Shown: in pieces, positions 1-6,106 of the stretch
Numbering within the stretch: the first letter of the stretch is position 1
Layout: every line of letters begins with the position of its first letter
IMG/VR virus record: IMGVR_UViG_3300045988_054691
Location: 1 to 42,628 of that record
Strand: one strand, 5' to 3'
From: a virus
DNA length: 42,628 nt
Position numbers and translations under genes: made by a program
Notes under the pieces: model-generated
Told to the model about the DNA's origin: nothing
What the model saw: only the letters and a program-made list of their open reading frames with translations
The model's database searches: none

Positions 1-77
1 ACCATTTTATTTTTATTCATATTATTACAAATTTCAGGAGGAAAAGAAATGATGGCAATGTTATGGGCACAGCAGAT
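1..77. repeat. terminal overlap identical to 42552..42628 (circular contig closure)
   Basis: The first 77 nt are identical to the last 77 nt of the window. The unique sequence is therefore 42551 bp. Confidence 0.9.
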
Positions 78-186
78 CATGTTAGGAAAGAAAACTTATT
101 CACAGGTACCGAGACTTTTAAAGGACAAGGTAAAAGAGATCCTGATTGATTCCGGAACAGAAGAACTTGTAACAGAGGAGCAGTAG
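49..186 (+). CDS. tiny 45-aa phage protein, paralog 1 of 3 (XkdX/CD1375-like small protein)
   Basis: ATG at 49 follows AGGAGG at 36-41. The translation MMAMLWAQQIMLGKKTYSQVPRLLKDKVKEILIDSGTEELVTEEQ shares a core (I.G.KT...VP.R.K..VK..L) with the small ORFs at 5073..5180 and 5231..5356. It is below the ORF-track size cutoff. Confidence 0.6.
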   Translation: MMAMLWAQQIMLGKKTYSQVPRLLKDKVKEILIDSGTEELVTEEQ

Positions 187-300
187 TATGGACAATATGC
201 GTATCTGTAAAATTAGATTCCAGATACGCATATAAGGGAACTATCGGACAGGCACTATCTAAAATTGAAGCAATAAGCAATAATTAGGAGGAATCAACAT

Positions 301-813
301 ATGAAAAGAAAAAGAAGAAAATTAGCAGCTATCATCTGCGCACTTACACTGGCACTTTCCAGTGCTGTACCGGTATATGCTTGTACGCCACCGCTCAAAA
401 CACCGTCCGTAGAGATTCCAGACATCAATTTTCAGCCTGATGGTGCTTTAAAAGATGCTATTAGTAATGCAGCGAAAAACTGGATTTCGAAATGCATCCT
501 CGGTACTCCGACAGTGGAGTATGCATCGTATTACAAAAGTACATCGAGGTATTTTAACTACAGCTACGTGGCGGTCAAATGGTCAGAGGTCGAAAACGCA
601 ACATCTTATAAAGTGCGTATCACAAAAACTGACGGAACATGGGAAGAATACGATACGACTTATACAGCATTTTACTCTACCAATTACACAGATGTTTTTG
701 TGGCGAACGGGATGGACGGAGCAACCGTTAAAGTGAAAGCATATGGAGATGAGGATAAGTTTAGTTTGTGGTCAGAAGAATATACAATTACAAACAATGG
801 TTCATTTTATTAA
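301..813 (+). CDS. secreted or lipoprotein-like protein with an FN3-like beta-sandwich region
   Basis: AGGAGG lies at 286-291. The N-terminus MKRKRRKLAAIICALTLALSSAVPVYAC has a basic n-region, a hydrophobic core and a Cys at position 28, which fits a signal peptide or lipobox-like site. The C-terminal part (VAVKWSEVENATSYKVRITK...VKVKAYGDEDKFSLWSEEYTI) reads like a fibronectin-III-type domain. Confidence 0.6.
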   Translation: MKRKRRKLAAIICALTLALSSAVPVYACTPPLKTPSVEIPDINFQPDGALKDAISNAAKNWISKCILGTPTVEYASYYKSTSRYFNYSYVAVKWSEVENATSYKVRITKTDGTWEEYDTTYTAFYSTNYTDVFVANGMDGATVKVKAYGDEDKFSLWSEEYTITNNGSFY

Positions 814-830
814 AAGGGGTGTGAAGAATA

Positions 831-3251
831 ATGGCAAATATACAGTCATATCTTGATCAGATTGCCAATGCTGTATACGGTGAAGAAATCAGATCATCAA
901 TTATCAATAGTTTGCAGAAAGTCAATGATGATAATGATTCTTATGCTGATCTGAAAAAGGAAGTAATTGCTGCAAGAGATGACATCAATGATCAGGTAGA
1001 TCAGTTTGATAAGAAGATGGAAGTTGCATCTGAAATATCAAAGAAACTTGAAGAGGATACAGCATCAGGAAATCAGACTCATTCAGATCTGACAAATTCA
1101 ATTACCACAGCACAGAGTGAGAGAAGCAAGTTAGAATCTGCTTATGAGAATGTGGGAAAGGTTGTAGAATCGGCAAATGAGAAAAAGGATGCTCTTGACG
1201 TATCTTTATCCTCAGCTAATACAGCGAAGAAAAATCTTGATGGCTCTGTGACTACAGCAACCACAACAGAGAAGAGTCTTGATGAAACCATTCAGACAAG
1301 TGAACAGAGGAAGAAAAATCTTGATTCTTCTATAACATCCGCTAATAAGATTTTTTCTAACCTTAATGATGCAATCACAAGTGCTAATAATGCAAAAAGT
1401 AATCTGACTCAGGTAACTGATTCCGCAGATAGTGCTAAGACTGCTCTGAGTGAAGTTATAGACAGTGCAACAGCTACTAAGTCAATCATGGATGCATCGG
1501 TAAAATCTGCAACCACAGCTAATACAAACCTCAGTGAGAGTATTAAAAATGCGACTACAGCAAAAAATACGCTGCAAGGGGTAATAGATTCAGCGAGTGA
1601 AATTAAAGGACAGTTGGATAGTTCCAATACTACAGCAGTAACATCAAAGAAAAATCTTGATTCTGCAATTTCTGATGCAAGTACAGCAAAAAGTCAGCTT
1701 CAGGAAGTAATTAACAGTGCCGATTCAATAAAAAAGGCATTATCTGATGTAATTTTGACAGCAAATACAGCAAAGTCAAATCTTGACACATCTGTAAATA
1801 CAGCTAATGGTGTATTACAGTCACTAAGTGCAGAAAACGCAAGTGCTGCAAGTAATATTGATGAATTGAAAAGTGAAAACTTCAACAGTCAAGAAATTCT
1901 TTCAGGTGTGGCAGATATTCGTGCCTATTTGGGTATCACTGCTGATGATATTGTTGGTATTCAGGTCGATTACAAAAATAAAACATTCAAAAGACTTGCC
2001 GGAGCAGCCAACCTTACAAAAGGTTCTGATTTTGACAAGTTCACAATGTTTGGCGGTCGTAAACGCTGTAATGTGGCTGACGATGGTTCTATAGTAGCAT
2101 GGTATGGTGACGCAGATTACAAAGAAGATGGTTCAATGGGTCAGGTCATGGTGTATCAGCCAAAGTTCTATTACTTAGTGTGTCCGGTAGAGTATGACCC
2201 TATTGATACAGGCATTGGTTACCACTTAAGAAAGGCAAACTATTATGTGTCAGAAAAGCCACGTGCAGGTTTCAGACTTCACCCTGCATTCTATGATGCA
2301 GCAGGAAATGAACTGGAATTTATTCTTGATTCAGCGTTTGAAGGTAGTATTTATGATGCATCAGCAAGTGCATATTTGTTAAATGATGAACAGGTGATGA
2401 CAGTTGGTGAAGATAAGTTTTCATCAATTGCAGGTACTAAGCCTGCATCCGGTCTTACACAGAATCTTACAAGACCAAATATTGAAATCATGGCACAGAA
2501 TAGGGGTGCGAACTGGCACGGTGATTTCATAAAACCAACTTCTGCAAGACAATTGTTAATGATCATCGAAGGTGGAATAATGAACACACAGACAGCATAT
2601 GGTCAGGGTGTTGTGAGTATTCCTGACAACGGTTCATATAACTGTTCTTCAATTACTGGAAGTACATCAGAAATTGGTAATACTTCCGGTAGAGCATCAA
2701 AAACAATAAATACAAAAGGTGATGCAAGCACGACAGAAACAGTAGATGGAAAAACCGCAGTATCTTGGAGAGGTACAGAAAACCCTTGGGGTAACATTTG
2801 GAAATTTGTTTATGGTATCAATTTTTATTGTACTGTAGATAAACCATTTGAAGGATATGTTTGTACTGATCTGAACTTTGCAGAATCAAAGAACAGTGGA
2901 AATTATGAAAATATTGGTTTCACGCTTCCATCAGCAAACGGTTACATTTCAGCAATAGGATATTCCACAAAGTATGATTGGTTATTCTTACCATCAGAGG
3001 TAACCGGGAACAGCTCACTCCCTGTCGGTGATTATTACTATCAGAATAATACTTGGAATGGTTACCGTATTGCTCAGTTGGGCGGTTGTTGGAGTAATTG
3101 GGCTAATGCGGGCGGTTTCTATTGGGCTCTGAATAGCGGTGTTGGTTATCGTGGTCGGAATGTCGGGGGTCGCTTGGTATATATTCCAACACGTGATTCT
3201 GCTACTTATACCGCTGCAATCGAAGCATGGAAGCAGAAAATGGCAGCTTAA
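831..3251 (+). CDS. tail fibre / receptor-binding protein, DGR variable (target) protein
   Basis: 806 aa. The N-terminal ~350 aa are a Ser/Thr/Ala/Asn-rich periodic coiled-coil-like stalk. The C-terminal globular part ends in ...YRIAQLGGCWSNWANAGGFYWALNSGVGYRGRNVGGRLVYI, which is the VR and is typical of C-type-lectin-fold DGR targets. The gene sits after the baseplate genes across the circular junction. Confidence 0.85.
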   Translation: MANIQSYLDQIANAVYGEEIRSSIINSLQKVNDDNDSYADLKKEVIAARDDINDQVDQFDKKMEVASEISKKLEEDTASGNQTHSDLTNSITTAQSERSKLESAYENVGKVVESANEKKDALDVSLSSANTAKKNLDGSVTTATTTEKSLDETIQTSEQRKKNLDSSITSANKIFSNLNDAITSANNAKSNLTQVTDSADSAKTALSEVIDSATATKSIMDASVKSATTANTNLSESIKNATTAKNTLQGVIDSASEIKGQLDSSNTTAVTSKKNLDSAISDASTAKSQLQEVINSADSIKKALSDVILTANTAKSNLDTSVNTANGVLQSLSAENASAASNIDELKSENFNSQEILSGVADIRAYLGITADDIVGIQVDYKNKTFKRLAGAANLTKGSDFDKFTMFGGRKRCNVADDGSIVAWYGDADYKEDGSMGQVMVYQPKFYYLVCPVEYDPIDTGIGYHLRKANYYVSEKPRAGFRLHPAFYDAAGNELEFILDSAFEGSIYDASASAYLLNDEQVMTVGEDKFSSIAGTKPASGLTQNLTRPNIEIMAQNRGANWHGDFIKPTSARQLLMIIEGGIMNTQTAYGQGVVSIPDNGSYNCSSITGSTSEIGNTSGRASKTINTKGDASTTETVDGKTAVSWRGTENPWGNIWKFVYGINFYCTVDKPFEGYVCTDLNFAESKNSGNYENIGFTLPSANGYISAIGYSTKYDWLFLPSEVTGNSSLPVGDYYYQNNTWNGYRIAQLGGCWSNWANAGGFYWALNSGVGYRGRNVGGRLVYIPTRDSATYTAAIEAWKQKMAA
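3068..3180 (+). repeat. DGR variable repeat (VR)
   Basis: Aligns without gaps to 3339..3451 (offset 271). There are 22 mismatches, all at positions that are A in the TR. The VR ends 23 codons before the stop of the target gene. Confidence 0.9.
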
Positions 3252-3276
3252 AATGTAACTTAAAAATCAAATATAA

Positions 3277-3580
3277 GGTTGAAAGAATCTCTGATATTGT
3301 TTGTTATTACCTGTAATGAACACCATGAAAAACAAATATATTGCTCAATTAGGCAGTAATTGGAATAATTGGGATAATGCAGGCAGTTTCTATTGGAATC
3401 TGAATAACAGTGTTGGTAATCGTAATCGGAATATCAGGGGTCACTTAATAATTGCAAAATATAGCCGGATGGAAACATCCGGCTATTTCTATAAATTGTG
3501 TGTATTCTTTCAACCGTGCCACTTGGCAAAACATATAAATAAGCGGTGCAAGACAACCCTTTAAGGGAATACCGCTTTAC
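3277..3580 (+). ncRNA. putative DGR RNA (TR plus structured spacer)
   Basis: A 12-bp perfect inverted repeat, GGTTGAAAGAAT (3277-3288) and ATTCTTTCAACC (3504-3515), encloses the TR. A 9-bp hairpin, ATAGCCGGA/TCCGGCTAT (3461-3486), lies 10 nt after the TR. A nested hairpin, AAGCGGT...ACCGCTT, spans 3541-3577. The transcript ends are not determined. Confidence 0.5.
3339..3451 (+). repeat. DGR template repeat (TR)
   Basis: This is the A-rich copy of the VR, with 37 adenines by my count, 22 of which differ in the VR. In the VR reading frame it is rich in AAT/AAC/AGT codons (...SNWNNWDNAGSFYWNLNNSVGNRNRNIRGH...). Confidence 0.9.
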
Positions 3581-3661
3581 TTATCACAAAATAAGGAAAG
3601 GTCAACCGTATTTACCGGGCAGTAATGCCGACTGAAATTCGGATAATGCAAATACCAAGGA

Positions 3662-4792
3662 ATGAAACGCTATGATCACTTATATGAAAAGATTTATGAC
3701 CTTGAAAATTTAAGAAAAGCACACCAACACGCAAAGAAAGGAAAAGGTTGGTACAGAGAGGTTCAGGAGATTGACAAAGATCCTGACAAGTACCTGAAAC
3801 AGATTCAGGAAATGCTTATCAACCACACTTACAAAACATCTGACTATGAGGTGTTTTATAAACAGGACGGTAAGAAGTTAAGGAAAATTTACAAACTGCC
3901 TTATTTCCCTGACAGAATTTGTCAGTGGGCTATCTTACAGGTTATTGAACCTTGTATCATCAATAACTTAACTGCTGACACCTATTCAGCAATACCAAAC
4001 AGAGGTATACACAAGGGTCTGACAAAATTACAATCTGCAATGTGGAATGACCCGGAAGAATGCAGATATTGCTTAAAATTGGACGCAAGACACTATTATC
4101 AGTCAATCAACCACGATCTTCTGAAAGAGAAGTATTCAAGAATGTTCAATGATAATGAACTATTGTGGTTGTTAAATGAAATCATTGACAGTATTGAAAC
4201 AGCAGAGATTGAGGACTTAACAGCAATCTATCTGTTGGAAGAAGATATTGACCCTGAAACTGGTATACCGATAGGCAACTACTTGTCACAGTATTCAGGT
4301 AACTATTATTTTTCAAGTTTTGATCACTGGATAAAAGAACAGAAGCACGTTAAATACTACTTCCGTTATATGGATGATATGGTTATCTTTGGCAAGACAA
4401 AAGAAGAACTGTTTGCCTTGAAGAAAGAGATTGATATTTATTTCAGGAATGAATTGAAATTGAACATAAAAGAAAACTGGCAGGTGTTCCCATCGTATGT
4501 AAGAGGTGTTGACTTCTTAGGTTACAGAACATTTTACAAGTATACATTACTTAGAAAAAGCACCTGTTTGGAAATGGAAAAGAAAATGACCGCTATCAGG
4601 AACAAAGTGGAAGCCGGGAACATGATGAACTATTCAGAGTGGTGTTCAATCAATTCTTACAAAGGTTGGTTGAAATATGCTGACACCTTCCGGCTATATC
4701 AAAAGTATGTTGTACCGCTGTTACCTTATGCGGATGATTATTATATACGCAACATAAAACCAAACACAAAGAAAGGATTGAATGTAGCATGA
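3662..4792 (+). CDS. DGR reverse transcriptase
   Basis: 376 aa. The N-terminus MKRYDHLYEKIYDLENLRKAHQHAKKGKG is typical of DGR RTs. It has a YMDD catalytic box (FRYMDDMVIFG) and an IGNYLSQ motif (the I/LGxxxSQ signature of DGR RTs). It lies directly downstream of the TR. Confidence 0.9.
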   Translation: MKRYDHLYEKIYDLENLRKAHQHAKKGKGWYREVQEIDKDPDKYLKQIQEMLINHTYKTSDYEVFYKQDGKKLRKIYKLPYFPDRICQWAILQVIEPCIINNLTADTYSAIPNRGIHKGLTKLQSAMWNDPEECRYCLKLDARHYYQSINHDLLKEKYSRMFNDNELLWLLNEIIDSIETAEIEDLTAIYLLEEDIDPETGIPIGNYLSQYSGNYYFSSFDHWIKEQKHVKYYFRYMDDMVIFGKTKEELFALKKEIDIYFRNELKLNIKENWQVFPSYVRGVDFLGYRTFYKYTLLRKSTCLEMEKKMTAIRNKVEAGNMMNYSEWCSINSYKGWLKYADTFRLYQKYVVPLLPYADDYYIRNIKPNTKKGLNVA

Positions 4793-5055
4793 TTGATTAT
4801 GGAAAACAGAAAAGCACCGTCAGACCGGAAGAACTGGAACTGACGGAAACAAAAGTATTTGTCAGTTCCAATATCACGGAAGTGAATGAAGATGAAACTG
4901 ACGGACAGCCGGGATTTACTGGATATGAATTTGACCTTATCGAGTATGACAAGGACGAATACATTAAAATTCAGGCAGAGAAGAATGCTGATCTTGAAAA
5001 TGAAATTACACAGGCGCAGATTGCTATGTGTGAAATCTATGAAATGATGGGATAA
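4789..5055 (+). CDS. acidic 88-aa hypothetical protein, translationally coupled to the RT
   Basis: Its ATG overlaps the RT stop (ATGA). The C-terminal helix ...NADLENEITQAQIAMCEIYEMMG resembles the C-terminus of ORF 42164..42535 (...KNEMLEGCILEMSEMVYQ). It is acidic and not Avd-like. Confidence 0.55.
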   Translation: MIDYGKQKSTVRPEELELTETKVFVSSNITEVNEDETDGQPGFTGYEFDLIEYDKDEYIKIQAEKNADLENEITQAQIAMCEIYEMMG

Positions 5056-5072
5056 GAAAGAAGGTGTGAAGT

Positions 5073-5180
5073 ATGGCAAAGATTTATGCATCACTAATCA
5101 TTAAAGGTGTTAAAACACTGGACGATGTACCGGACAGACTGAAAGAAGCTGTCAAGGCTATTTTAGAGGGTGATAACTGA
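5073..5180 (+). CDS. tiny 35-aa phage protein, paralog 2 of 3
   Basis: MAKIYASLIIKGVKTLDDVPDRLKEAVKAILEGDN. An RBS-like GAAGGTG lies upstream. It is a paralog of 49..186 and 5231..5356. Confidence 0.55.
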   Translation: MAKIYASLIIKGVKTLDDVPDRLKEAVKAILEGDN

Positions 5181-5230
5181 TGATACGTCAGTTGATCATA
5201 AAAATTATATTCAGAAAGGATGTGCAGACT

Positions 5231-5356
5231 ATGGCAATTATCTATGCAACCCTGATCATTAAGGGTAAGAAAACATTTGCTGATGTTCCTGATCGTATCA
5301 AGGACAAAGTAAAGGAAGTTTTGGTTGATCTTGATTGTCCTGAATTAGCAGAATAA
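5231..5356 (+). CDS. tiny 41-aa phage protein, paralog 3 of 3
   Basis: MAIIYATLIIKGKKTFADVPDRIKDKVKEVLVDLDCPELAE. An RBS-like AAAGGATG lies upstream. It is followed by a terminator. Confidence 0.55.
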   Translation: MAIIYATLIIKGKKTFADVPDRIKDKVKEVLVDLDCPELAE

Positions 5357-5387
5357 TCAACAGACAAGGAAATTATCACATACACGA

Positions 5388-5436
5388 AAACAACCGCCAT
5401 ATGACGATTATATAACGTCAGAAGCGGTTGTTTTTG
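5388..5436 (+). terminator. rho-independent terminator
   Basis: The stem AAACAACCGC (5388-5397) pairs with GCGGTTGTTT (5424-5433) and is followed by a T-run. An inner GACG/CGTC hairpin sits in the loop. Confidence 0.6.
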
Positions 5437-5459
5437 CGTACAGAAAGGACAACAGACCA

Positions 5460-5774
5460 TTGGAACAATTTATTTATTCAACGTATACGATTGTTTTACC
5501 AATCATTGTCACTGCCCTTATGGGATATGTGGTTTGGTTGCTGAAAAATCAAAAGAAAGACAGGGATGCAAACAGTAAAGGTACAATGCTTTTACTTAGG
5601 GTTCAGCTTATCGAATATCACGATAAGTATATGAGACTTGGCTCAATCCCATCGTATGCTTACGAGAATTTCTGTGAAATGTATAATGCGTATCACAAAC
5701 TCGGTGGCAATGGAATGATTACAAAGATGATGCACGAAATTGAAGAATTGCACCTAAGAGGAAAAGGAGAATAG
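5460..5774 (+). CDS. membrane-anchored protein of the lysis cassette (function unknown)
   Basis: TTG start with GAAAGGA about 10 nt upstream. One N-terminal TM segment (IVLPIIVTALMGYVVWLL). It sits immediately upstream of the holin and endolysin. Confidence 0.5.
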   Translation: MEQFIYSTYTIVLPIIVTALMGYVVWLLKNQKKDRDANSKGTMLLLRVQLIEYHDKYMRLGSIPSYAYENFCEMYNAYHKLGGNGMITKMMHEIEELHLRGKGE

Positions 5775-5778
5775 AATC

Positions 5779-6072
5779 ATGGAACAGATTATGAATTATG
5801 TAAAACCAGAGCTTGTTGTCGTGGCAGTTGTCCTGTATTTTATCGGAATCGGACTAAAAAAATCTGAAACCGTAGCGGACAAATACATTCCGGCAATCCT
5901 TGGAGTTGTTGGAGTTGTAATTTGCGGAATCTATGTTGTTGCAACTTGCGACCTTAAAGGTACACAAAATATCGCAATGGCAATTTTCACAGCAATTGTT
6001 CAGGGCATTCTGGTTGCGGGACTTAGCAATTATGTAAACCAGGTGTTTAAACAGTTAAATAAAGCTGAGTAG
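5779..6072 (+). CDS. holin (Hol44 / phage_holin_5-like)
   Basis: 97 aa with multiple TM segments (VVVAVVLYFIGIGL, AILGVVGVVICGIYVV, AIFTAIVQGILVAGL). The N-terminus MNYVKPEL... and ..KYIP.ILGVV.. are typical of this holin family. It lies directly upstream of the endolysin. Confidence 0.75.
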   Translation: MEQIMNYVKPELVVVAVVLYFIGIGLKKSETVADKYIPAILGVVGVVICGIYVVATCDLKGTQNIAMAIFTAIVQGILVAGLSNYVNQVFKQLNKAE

Positions 6073-6106
6073 ATAGCGTAAAGACGGAAAGGAGAGATAC
6101 GATACT

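Larger units (their letters stand above)
831..4792 (+). mobile_element. diversity-generating retroelement cassette (target gene with VR, then TR, then RT)
   Basis: The 113-bp VR and TR differ only at TR adenines, and a reverse transcriptase with DGR-type motifs lies immediately downstream. Confidence 0.9.

Noticed and set aside
1-77. A biological direct terminal repeat of the phage genome
   Set aside because: An exact 77-nt overlap that cuts through a gene start is more simply explained as the closure of a circular assembly. The terminase is PBSX-like and no cos-like feature is visible.
455-736. Nested or antisense ORFs inside long genes (for example 455..736, 1409..1627, 6314..6691, 30501..30890, 37943..38503, 41191..41844)
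   Set aside because: They are entirely contained within better-supported genes on the same or opposite strand. They lack RBSs and have skewed, implausible amino-acid composition.
3252-3338. A dedicated promoter for the DGR RNA (TTGAAA at 3279-3284 with a weak -10)
   Set aside because: The -10 candidates (TGTTAT/TAATGA) are poor and the spacing is ambiguous. The TR RNA may simply be part of the fibre transcript.
3301-3564. 87-aa ORF overlapping the TR, whose translation resembles the C-terminus of the fibre
   Set aside because: The resemblance exists because this is the DGR template repeat read in the VR frame. It has no RBS, an alternative start, and an implausible tail after the TR. I treat it as RNA template, not as a gene.
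4789-5055. Candidate Avd (DGR accessory) because it is small and adjoins the RT
   Set aside because: Avd proteins are basic four-helix bundles of about 110-130 aa. This product is 88 aa and strongly acidic, and its C-terminus resembles that of a tail-module protein (42164..42535). I keep it only as an unproven candidate partner.
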